This document shows, in pieces, positions 50,073 to 57,553 of a DNA stretch of 64,000 bases. Origin of the DNA: an uncultured Alphaproteobacteria bacterium (lineage in GTDB: Bacteria > Pseudomonadota > Alphaproteobacteria > Methylaequorales > Methylaequoraceae); contig CACJRF010000002.1 in the NCBI GenBank assembly GCA_902595755.1, forward strand, positions 10,677 through 74,676, written 5' to 3'. Under the pieces are notes generated by a model that was not told where the DNA came from, searched no databases, and saw only the letters and a program-made list of their open reading frames with translations. The position numbers were made by a program, and so were the translations under genes. Numbering within the stretch: position 1 is the first letter of the stretch; each line of letters starts with the position of its first letter.

Positions 50073-50669
50073 TTAATACAAATTAAGATTTTGTGCCGCT
50101 ACCATTGAGTATAGCATTGGAATTGAAAGTAAAGTGTTTGTTCTTGAAAAGAGCATCGCTTTCTTAGCTGAAGCTAATTTCTCCACTTTGGAAACTTCAA
50201 TAATCCCCAATGCTTTCTTTTGATTTGGCCATATGAATACCCAAACATTAAATGCCATTATGATACCTAACCACATACCAATTCCTATTAGTTGATTTTT
50301 TGTACTTCCAGATGATAACAATAAAGATTCATGAAGGTACCCGTTTAAGTGGCCTAGTATCAGTCCAGTAATAAGAGTAGCTATCGCAGCCCATCTAAAC
50401 CAAAATAAAGCTTTTGGTGCAATTACTTTAGAAATAGCCGGTTTTTGTTCATCGGGTATATTTGGCATATTTGGTATTTGAACAAAATTAAAATACCATA
50501 ACAAACCAATCCACATTATCCCTGATAAAACATGTAACCATCTAAATAAAAAGGAATAATATGAGTGGTCAAAAGTTAAACCAGCAGATGATAAAAAAAC
50601 TACTAATAATAATACAAGCAAAAATCCAGATAAAACTGTTTTTCCAAGTGACGAAAGTATGTTATTCAT
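50073..50669 (-). CDS. conserved integral membrane protein (resembles the membrane domain of PuuD-type urate hydroxylase family)
   Basis: 198 aa with 4-5 TM segments. Block RWLHVLSGIMWIGLLWYFNFVQ. The family assignment is from memory only. Confidence 0.4.
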   Translation of the reverse strand: MNNILSSLGKTVLSGFLLVLLLVVFLSSAGLTFDHSYYSFLFRWLHVLSGIMWIGLLWYFNFVQIPNMPNIPDEQKPAISKVIAPKALFWFRWAAIATLITGLILGHLNGYLHESLLLSSGSTKNQLIGIGMWLGIIMAFNVWVFIWPNQKKALGIIEVSKVEKLASAKKAMLFSRTNTLLSIPMLYSMVAAQNLNLY

Positions 50670-50714
50670 TTAAACTCCTTATAAATAATAATATACTTAT
50701 AGATTTAAGTTAAA

Positions 50715-51302
50715 GTGAATTCAAGAGATCTTTTTTATGTAAGGTATTTACAACTGAAAACCTCAAATATGAGGAAACAAGATCTTTTCGCATTATTTGT
50801 TTTTGAAAAGGAATTGTTTAAGTATTATCCTAAAACAGAAGAAAAATTACTCTCTAAAATTAAACTAAAATGGTTATACGAAGAAACAAAAAATAAAAAT
50901 AGAAATAATTTTATTTTAAAAAATTTTAACGATTTAGAATTTATTTATACAAATATTGAAAAATTACTAGTTTTATATGATGAAATTATAGATAAAGATC
51001 TTGATAATAACTTAATAACGAAATTCAAACAATTTAACGAAATGTTTAATGGGTTTATCAAATATTTTGATTTGAACTTTTCTACATCATATATTTTTCA
51101 AATCATTTATTTGATATATGATAACGAGTTGGCAATCAGTAACTCTACATATAGTATATTAATAAGTCATTTTCATAAAAATTATATTAAGATTAAAAGA
51201 GTTGAGAAAGTTTTTATAAGTTTATTTTTAGATATGTATCCAAAAAAAAAAAAAATTAGTAAAAAAAGATATTTGTATTATATCTTAAAGTCATACTTTT
51301 AA
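50715..51302 (+). CDS. possible squalene/phytoene-synthase-fold family protein (NDUFAF6-like), divergent
   Basis: 195 aa. The N-terminal pattern ..DLFALFVFEKEL......LSKIKLKWLYEE resembles the ..alyaf..El....lg.iRLqWWrd block of short alphaproteobacterial SQS_PSY proteins that often follow secF. Start uncertain (GTG 50715 or ATG 50769). Confidence 0.3.
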   Translation: MNSRDLFYVRYLQLKTSNMRKQDLFALFVFEKELFKYYPKTEEKLLSKIKLKWLYEETKNKNRNNFILKNFNDLEFIYTNIEKLLVLYDEIIDKDLDNNLITKFKQFNEMFNGFIKYFDLNFSTSYIFQIIYLIYDNELAISNSTYSILISHFHKNYIKIKRVEKVFISLFLDMYPKKKKISKKRYLYYILKSYF

Positions 51303-51303
51303 A

Positions 51304-51545
51304 ATGCTATATTTATTAATAATATCTTTATTTATATTTACCTTTCTTTACCTTTCATTATATATTGATTTAGCTTATTTTTTGGACTTACAGCTTCAAT
51401 TATAATATTTTTTTATGTTCTAATTACCCATCATTTTATAAAGATTATTGATTTGTTGGCTAATGACAAAAAAATTATTACTAACAAAGAAACTGCTAAT
51501 GATCACCCAATAATAAAATCTGCTCGTTCTAGGCTGAAAAAATAA
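51304..51545 (+). pseudogene. possible frameshifted (or mis-sequenced) gene for an ~80-aa two-TM membrane protein
   Basis: ATG at 51304 opens MLYLLIISLFIFTFLYLSLYIDLAYF.., which stops after 33 codons. The neighbouring frame continues ..FFGLTASIIIFFYVLITHHFIKIIDLLANDKK..SRLKK* to 51545 but has no start codon. The two frames meet at a T6 run (51378-51383). The span is 242 nt, so one extra T would restore a single ORF. Confidence 0.3.
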
Positions 51546-51546
51546 G

Positions 51547-51810
51547 TTATTCTTTTAAATCTTCAAGCCAAGCTGCTGCAAGTAACTGCCTTATTCTAAT
51601 AACATTCGAATTCAATTTTTCAGGTAAACTGACCTCTTTTTTTTTTTTTTTAATAGAGGCATCTAACCATAGCATTTCAATTGACTCTAATAGGTTTATC
51701 TTTTCTTGGTCAGACTTGTCGAAAAGCTCCTGTATTGATATTTTTATTTTATTTAAATCTTTATCATGCTCCATATTTAACTGCGATCTCAAATAAATCT
51801 CTTGTTTCAT
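51547..51810 (-). CDS. hypothetical small helical protein
   Basis: 87-aa ORF. The start may be the internal Met (MEHDKDL.., 51774), which overlaps the stop of the upstream 48-aa ORF. Confidence 0.35.
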   Translation of the reverse strand: MKQEIYLRSQLNMEHDKDLNKIKISIQELFDKSDQEKINLLESIEMLWLDASIKKKKKEVSLPEKLNSNVIRIRQLLAAAWLEDLKE

Positions 51811-51910
51811 TTTGGTAGGTTACTTTATCAATAAATCCTTTTAAATAAAGTTCTCTTACATTTTCCATCTCATTCCTAAGAAGAGCTAAATTTTTTTCTT
51901 TATCATCCAT
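51764..51910 (-). CDS. hypothetical 48-aa protein (SHOCT-like helix-turn pattern)
   Basis: Hand-translated: MDDKEKNLALLRNEMENVRELYLKGFIDKVTYQNETRDLFEIAVKYGA. The L..L...G.I....Y pattern resembles short C-terminal SHOCT domains. Below the ORF-track cutoff. Confidence 0.25.
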   Translation of the reverse strand: MDDKEKNLALLRNEMENVRELYLKGFIDKVTYQNETRDLFEIAVKYGA

Positions 51911-51940
51911 TATAATTTTATATTATATACTAAAAATATT

Positions 51941-52189
51941 ATGAAAAATAGATTAAATAAATCATTATCAAGGTTAAAAAAGGAAAAACTTGTTAAAGAA
52001 GATAAAGACTTAATTAGTAAAAAAATCACTCCATTTGAATTTAAAATATTTAAAACTTTGTCTGATAAATATGATTTATCTCTATCAAATTCCAATGAAA
52101 AAACATCCCTTAAGGAAAGTAAAGAATTATCTAGTGACCAAAAAAAGACATTAAATAGAATAAAAAGGGGAGAGAAATTCGAAATATAA
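51941..52189 (+). CDS. hypothetical Lys/Ser-rich protein
   Basis: 82-aa ORF. Preferred over the fully overlapping antisense 103-aa ORF because its composition is protein-like for this genome, whereas the antisense frame is Phe/Leu-rich, as expected for the complement of a Lys-rich frame. Confidence 0.3.
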   Translation: MKNRLNKSLSRLKKEKLVKEDKDLISKKITPFEFKIFKTLSDKYDLSLSNSNEKTSLKESKELSSDQKKTLNRIKRGEKFEI

Positions 52190-52314
52190 TAATATGCTTT
52201 ATTATTATTACATTTTTCCATGGAGTAAACGCCAATTTTGCAAAAATCTCCTCTAATAATTTTATAGACTTACATGTTTATTATGCTGTTACAGAAGAAT
52301 CTAAAAAAAAGGGA

Positions 52315-52641
52315 TTGATGTGGAAAAAAAAATTAATTAAATCAAGCGGAATGCTGTTTTTGTATAAAAAACCACAAATTGTTAATATTTGGATGCATAA
52401 TACTTTTATACCACTTGATATAATTTTCATTGATAAAAATAAAAAAGTTTCAAGTATAAAAGTAGGTAAACCACTGTCGAGAAAAATTATTTCATCTGAT
52501 AAAAAAGTTATTGCTGTGTTAGAGTTGCCTCAAAATTGTTCCAAAAAAATAAGTTTAAACATAGGAGATAAATTAGACTGGATTTATTTAAAATTTTCTA
52601 AAAAAAAAACTTACCATTGTTTATCTTATGATAAAGATTAA
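52315..52641 (+). CDS. DUF192 (COG1430) family protein
   Basis: GLMW.K.L....GMLF......IWM.NT.IPLDIIFID block. The open frame extends upstream to 52159 and encodes a signal-peptide-like IIICFIIITFFHGVNA, but has no ATG/GTG/TTG there (see findings). Confidence 0.65.
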   Translation: MMWKKKLIKSSGMLFLYKKPQIVNIWMHNTFIPLDIIFIDKNKKVSSIKVGKPLSRKIISSDKKVIAVLELPQNCSKKISLNIGDKLDWIYLKFSKKKTYHCLSYDKD

Positions 52642-52661
52642 AATAATACCAGGGTTGAAGA

Positions 52662-53156
52662 ATGGGGAATTCAATAGATAAATACAGTAAAAATGATCCT
52701 ATATTCAAAGCAGAATTTTCAGAATATATACAAAATTTAAAGTTAGAGAATCAGGATGAACATGATAACTTGTATAAAACAATTTCTTCTCTCAGAGATC
52801 AACTTGATGAATCAAAGTTTACTCTAAAAAATAATGTCCAAGAGGCTATAAGTTCAAAAAATGATGAAATTAATCAATTAAAGTCTACGATTACAGAATT
52901 AAGGCATCAATTAGATAAAGCTCAGCACGAAAAAAAAACAGCTATTCAAAAACAAATACAATCAAGTGCTGATGAAATAAATCAGTTGAAAAAATCATGT
53001 CAGGTTTTAAGAGATGAGCTTGAGACATTAAAATTTGAAAAAAAAGAGGCTATTCAAAAAACAATTTTAAATTCATCTGATGAAATTAATCAGCTTAAGG
53101 AATCAACTCAAAAACTAAGAGATGAACTAGAAACTATTATTAAAAAATTAAAATAA
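52662..53156 (+). CDS. coiled-coil protein with three internal ~37-aa repeats
   Basis: 164 aa. The unit S..DEINQLK.S...LR.ELE....EKK.AIQK occurs three times. The stop overlaps the cyclase start (TAATG). Confidence 0.7.
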   Translation: MGNSIDKYSKNDPIFKAEFSEYIQNLKLENQDEHDNLYKTISSLRDQLDESKFTLKNNVQEAISSKNDEINQLKSTITELRHQLDKAQHEKKTAIQKQIQSSADEINQLKKSCQVLRDELETLKFEKKEAIQKTILNSSDEINQLKESTQKLRDELETIIKKLK

Positions 53157-55459
53157 TGAAAAGAACAACAAAAAATATATTTCCTAATGAAGAAATTAAA
53201 AAAGTTAAGTGTTTACTAGAAATTTCAAGAAAAATTGGAGCACTTAAAGAATTATCACATATACTCTGGACTATTATTGATTTTGCAACGGAAAACGTCA
53301 ATGCTGATAGAGGGTCAATATTTTTAAATGATTCAGAAACAAATGAATTATACTCAAGAGTTGCTCAAGGAGATTTAACTAGAGAGATAAGGATATTAAA
53401 TAATGTTGGTATTGCAGGTTCAATATTCCAGAGTAAGCATGGAGAGATAATTCATGACGTTTATAGCGATAAAAGGTTTAATAAGGATGTAGATCAAGAA
53501 ACTGGTTATAAAACAAAAAATATGATTTGTTCCCCCGTTAAAACCGTCGATGGAAAAACTATTGGTGTTATTCAAGTTTTGAATAAGAAAAAGGGAAGGT
53601 TTAGTAAAGCAGATTTGAATTTAATAAATGATATTTCAACTCAGGCTGCAATTTCGATTCAAAATGCTCAAAACAATGAGTTTTTTCAAAAGAAACGTGA
53701 ACAGGAAATGGAATTTGTAAGTATTGTTTCAGATGTAACTGCTGAGATTGATTTAAGTTCACTTTTAAAAAGGGTAATGGAAGAGGCCACTAAGATGCTT
53801 AATGCAGATAGAGCGACATTATTTCTTAACGATGAAAAAACACAAGAACTTTTTTCAAGGGTAGCAATGGGAGAGGGCGTTGGTGAAATAAGGTTACCAA
53901 ATTCAGTAGGTATTGCTGGAAGTGTTTTTACTTCAGGGAAGACTATGAACATCCCTTTTGCATACGCAGATTTAAGATTTAATCCGGCATTTGATAAACA
54001 AACAGGCTATTTTACAAGATCTATTTTGTGTGTTCCAATCGTTAACAAAATTGGAAAGGTAATTGGTTGTACTCAAGTTTTAAATAAGAAGGGTGGAAAG
54101 TTTACAGATGAGGATGAATCTAGACTGAAAGCTTTCACCCAGCAAGTTGCTATTGCGCTTGAAAATGCAAAGTTGTTTGATGATGTATCAAAATCAAAAA
54201 AATATAATGAAAGTATGCTCTCAAGTATGTCTAATGGTGTTATTACAATTAATGAAGAAGATGAAATTGTAACCTGTAATAAATCTGGGCTTAAAATTTT
54301 AAGAGTTGTAAGTCCAAATATAATTGGATTAAAATCTGAAAGTTTTTTTAAAGAAAAAAATTCTTGGATTCAGGATAAAATCAATGCTGTAAAAAAAAAT
54401 CATGAACCAGAATTAATTATGGATTGTGAGATTGAAGTATTTAATTCAGAAAATGAAAAAAAAGAATTAGTTTCAGCTAACCTGACCATATTACCATTAA
54501 TTAATGAAGAAAATGAGGGAAGAACAGATTCTCAAAATCAATTTCTCGGAACACTATTGATGCTTGAAGATATTTCATCAGAAAAAAGAATGAAATCTAC
54601 GATGTCAAGATATATGGACCCAGGTATAGCGGATCAACTTTTAGAAGAGGGTGCTGATATTATGGGTGGGTTAGATACAACAGCTACACTTTTATTTTCT
54701 GATCTAAGAAGCTTCACAAATATTACCGAGTCACTTGGAGCGCAAGGAACTGTAAAGCTTTTAAATGAGTACTTTGAAATTATGGTTGAGTGTATTACTG
54801 AACAGGCAGGAATGCTTGATAAGTTTATTGGAGATGCGATTATGGCAGCATTTGGCTTGCCAATAAAACATGAAGATGACGAAGATAGAGGAGTTAAGGC
54901 AGGTATAAATATGATTAAAAGACTATGGCAATGGAATGAAGTTCGCAATAAAGAAGGTAAACCTCCCCTTGATATGGGGTTAGGTTTAAATACTGACAAA
55001 ATTGTAGCTGGAAATATAGGTTCACAAAAAAGAATGGATTATACCATGATAGGAGATGGGGTTAATTTAGCAGCAAGGCTTGAAAGCGCATGTAAACAGT
55101 ACAATGCAAGAATCCTAATTAGTGATTTTACTTTTAAAAAACTAAAAGGAACATATAGAATACGATACATTGATGATGTAGTTGTAAAAGGTAAAACAGA
55201 ACCTGTTGGTGTTCATGAAGTGTTAGATTATCATAATGATAAAACATTCCCAAATTTAATGGATGTTGTGAATCATTTTAATGAGGGTAGAAAAAAATAT
55301 AGAATTGGAGATTTCACATCGTCAATTAGTTCTTTTCAGGAATGTTTAAAGGCTAACTCAAATGATTTACTATCAAAAACATATATTGAAAGGTGTGACC
55401 AATTAATAAAAGAAAAGCCAACAAACTGGGATGGGGTTTGGGTCATGAAAAGTAAATGA
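53156..55459 (+). CDS. soluble GAF-GAF-PAS class III adenylate cyclase
   Basis: 767 aa with no TM segment. Two GAF domains (ADRGSIFLND..ELYSRVAQG / ADRATLFLNDE..ELFSRVAMG). A PAS-like segment (MLSSMSNGVITINEEDEIVTCNKSG). Cyclase homology domain with metal Asp residues (LLFSDLRSFT, KFIGDAIMAAFG) and the transition-state block GDGVNLAARLES. Confidence 0.9.
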   Translation: MKRTTKNIFPNEEIKKVKCLLEISRKIGALKELSHILWTIIDFATENVNADRGSIFLNDSETNELYSRVAQGDLTREIRILNNVGIAGSIFQSKHGEIIHDVYSDKRFNKDVDQETGYKTKNMICSPVKTVDGKTIGVIQVLNKKKGRFSKADLNLINDISTQAAISIQNAQNNEFFQKKREQEMEFVSIVSDVTAEIDLSSLLKRVMEEATKMLNADRATLFLNDEKTQELFSRVAMGEGVGEIRLPNSVGIAGSVFTSGKTMNIPFAYADLRFNPAFDKQTGYFTRSILCVPIVNKIGKVIGCTQVLNKKGGKFTDEDESRLKAFTQQVAIALENAKLFDDVSKSKKYNESMLSSMSNGVITINEEDEIVTCNKSGLKILRVVSPNIIGLKSESFFKEKNSWIQDKINAVKKNHEPELIMDCEIEVFNSENEKKELVSANLTILPLINEENEGRTDSQNQFLGTLLMLEDISSEKRMKSTMSRYMDPGIADQLLEEGADIMGGLDTTATLLFSDLRSFTNITESLGAQGTVKLLNEYFEIMVECITEQAGMLDKFIGDAIMAAFGLPIKHEDDEDRGVKAGINMIKRLWQWNEVRNKEGKPPLDMGLGLNTDKIVAGNIGSQKRMDYTMIGDGVNLAARLESACKQYNARILISDFTFKKLKGTYRIRYIDDVVVKGKTEPVGVHEVLDYHNDKTFPNLMDVVNHFNEGRKKYRIGDFTSSISSFQECLKANSNDLLSKTYIERCDQLIKEKPTNWDGVWVMKSK

Positions 55460-56175
55460 GAGAATATCCTCTCGAAAAAAATATGCCTAGCCTTAATTAT
55501 ATTATAAATAATTGGCCAAGATCAAAACCTATTCTGAAAAAGTTTGTGCTTTCTAAACATTCAGCACCAGATCTGTTAAATATTTGTCAATTATGTCTCA
55601 AAGAACTGAAAGTTTTTAGAGAAAAAAAAATTAATTTTATTTTGAGTAAAGTATCTAAAATTTGTTCGATAAATAAAACTTACAACACCTATCATAATAG
55701 CCATCACCTCAAGGCTGTAATTGTAACTGCCTGTATTATTGCAAAAAATAATGAATTATCTAAAAGAGATAAAGTGTTATTAGTTATAATTTCTTTATGT
55801 CATGATATTGGGCATCAAGGAAGAAGAATAATTTCAAGACCTTATTACCAAGAGGAATTGAGTTACCATGTATTTAGGAGATTTTTCTATAAGGTGTTTT
55901 CTAAAAAAAAAGAACTTCAAAGAATTTTAAGAATATTTAGAAATACGTACTTTCCTGAAAAACCAGAAAAAGTTAATGATAAATTAGAAAAAATCATACT
56001 TGATGCTGATATTTTATCCTCATTGATGTTTGATGTGAATACAGGATTAGAATTTGCAAGGAGACTTAAGCATGAATTAAAAATGAAATCTACTTCTGAA
56101 GAGTTATTTGAGTCCTTTCTAAACTCAATCAACAATAAAACATTATATATGGATAGATCAAAAAATTTATGCTAA
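55456..56175 (+). CDS. HD-superfamily phosphohydrolase with class I cyclic-nucleotide phosphodiesterase-like motifs
   Basis: 239 aa with YHNSHHLKAV, then LCHDIGHQG 38 aa later, then ILDADIL. Compare the PDE class I blocks YHN..HAADV / HD.DH.G / LATDM. ATGA overlap with the cyclase gene. Confidence 0.55.
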   Translation: MREYPLEKNMPSLNYIINNWPRSKPILKKFVLSKHSAPDLLNICQLCLKELKVFREKKINFILSKVSKICSINKTYNTYHNSHHLKAVIVTACIIAKNNELSKRDKVLLVIISLCHDIGHQGRRIISRPYYQEELSYHVFRRFFYKVFSKKKELQRILRIFRNTYFPEKPEKVNDKLEKIILDADILSSLMFDVNTGLEFARRLKHELKMKSTSEELFESFLNSINNKTLYMDRSKNLC

Positions 56176-57551
56176 AGATTAAATCTACAGTGACGTTAAG
56201 AATTATACACAATTTATTTTTTGTGGATATGTTAAATTTTGGTAAAGTTATGATTTTACAAAAAGTTGCATTTGTTTTTTTTACTTTTCTTGTTTTTGAA
56301 GCAAATTCTCAAGACAAAGCTTTTGATCTTAAACGGTCTATAGAAAAAGTACTCATAAATCACAAAACAATTCTGGCCTCTAAAACTGATATAGAGGCGG
56401 CTAAACTAAGAATTAAACAATCTAGGGGAGGATATTTCCCATCGCTTGATGTAACAGCAAATTATGGTCATGAAAATATTATAAAATATGGACCAGGAAA
56501 TAATACACAACTAGCAGCAAGAGATGCAACTGCAAAAATTACACAAACACTATCTGATTTCGGATTGACCGAATCAACTGTGAAAACCTCTAAACTTTCT
56601 TTGAAACAAACTAGAGCATTAGAAAGGCAAATAAAAAATGATATTCTTCTTAGAGCCTTAACAGCTTACCTGAGGGTAATTCAGTCAAGAGAAAGTGTAA
56701 AATTTGCAAAACAGTCTGTTGAGAATATTAAAAAACAAACAGAGTTAGAAGACGCTGCTGTAAATGCTGGTGGAGGTTTAACATCAGATGTTTTACAGGC
56801 AAAAACTCAATTAGCTGGTGCTCAAGCAAGGCAAATTCAATTTGAGGGAGTCCTAGATGCTGCAAAACATGAATTTGTATATATTTTTGAGACATTCCCA
56901 AGAGATTTAGAATCTTTAAAATTAATAAAATCTATATTTAACAGGTTGCCCAAAACTTTAGATGAAGCAGAAAAAATAGTCCTTAAAAACAATCCCTCTT
57001 TAATTGCAGCAAGAGTTTCTACTGAAATAAGTAAAGAAGCTATTAATACTGCGAGGGCATCACTTTTTCCTAAAATCAAAGGAATAATAAGTCATTCTGA
57101 AAAACAAGATTTTGGAGGTATAGTTGGTTTTAAAAGAGAAAGTTCAGCTAAGATAGATTTTTCATATCCATTAAATTTAAGTTTTTCTGAATATGCTGGA
57201 AAAGATGCAGCTGTTCAATCATATTTGTCAACACAGACTAGAATTAAAGACCAAGAGGATATGATAACACAGATGTTAAGAACAACTTGGGATGGCTTGT
57301 CAACTGCACAAAAAAATGCAGAATTTTTGTCAAATCAAGCAAGAATCTCTGGAGAGTTTCTCGAACTAGCAAGAACAGAGAGAAAAGCAGGGAACAGAAC
57401 ACTTTTAGATGTTTTGAATGGAGAGACGGCTTTTATTAACTCTCAATCTGATGCAATTGCTGCAAAAATTGAGGTTTTAATAAATAGTTTTACACTTTTA
57501 AGTTTAATGGGAGGATTAACACTAGACAATATTGAACTTGAAAAAAATTAA
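56169..57551 (+). CDS. TolC-family outer membrane protein, type I secretion-associated
   Basis: 460-aa maximal ORF. The likely start is an internal Met (56229 or 56250; signal peptide [20 protein letters not shown]). Two OEP repeats. Ends 3 nt before the first RTX protein gene. Confidence 0.85.
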   Translation: MLKIKSTVTLRIIHNLFFVDMLNFGKVMILQKVAFVFFTFLVFEANSQDKAFDLKRSIEKVLINHKTILASKTDIEAAKLRIKQSRGGYFPSLDVTANYGHENIIKYGPGNNTQLAARDATAKITQTLSDFGLTESTVKTSKLSLKQTRALERQIKNDILLRALTAYLRVIQSRESVKFAKQSVENIKKQTELEDAAVNAGGGLTSDVLQAKTQLAGAQARQIQFEGVLDAAKHEFVYIFETFPRDLESLKLIKSIFNRLPKTLDEAEKIVLKNNPSLIAARVSTEISKEAINTARASLFPKIKGIISHSEKQDFGGIVGFKRESSAKIDFSYPLNLSFSEYAGKDAAVQSYLSTQTRIKDQEDMITQMLRTTWDGLSTAQKNAEFLSNQARISGEFLELARTERKAGNRTLLDVLNGETAFINSQSDAIAAKIEVLINSFTLLSLMGGLTLDNIELEKN

Positions 57552-57553
57552 AA

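Noticed and set aside
51910-52221. 103-aa minus-strand ORF.
   Set aside because: It overlaps the plus-strand 82-aa ORF completely. Its Phe/Leu/Asn-rich sequence looks like the complement of a Lys-rich coding frame, so the plus-strand call is kept, though only with low confidence.
596-57079. Numerous 60-130-aa ORFs antisense to or nested in large genes. Examples: 596-799, 3106-3300, 4369-4563, 6216-6455, 8034-8216, 9220-9567, 11091-11378, 12041-12235, 12561-12791, 16831-17118, 21632-21889, 24958-25197, 28723-28905, 34143-34673, 38260-38460, 39710-39904, 42668-42880, 43538-43831, 45190-45384, 45937-46146, 46875-47078, 47397-47624, 47781-48077, 48486-48788, 53686-53952, 54634-54999, 55917-56135, 56837-57079.
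   Set aside because: Each is fully contained in a longer ORF with clear family motifs. Their translations are Phe/Leu/Ile/Ser-rich mirror images of Lys/Glu/Asn-rich genuine frames and show no motifs.
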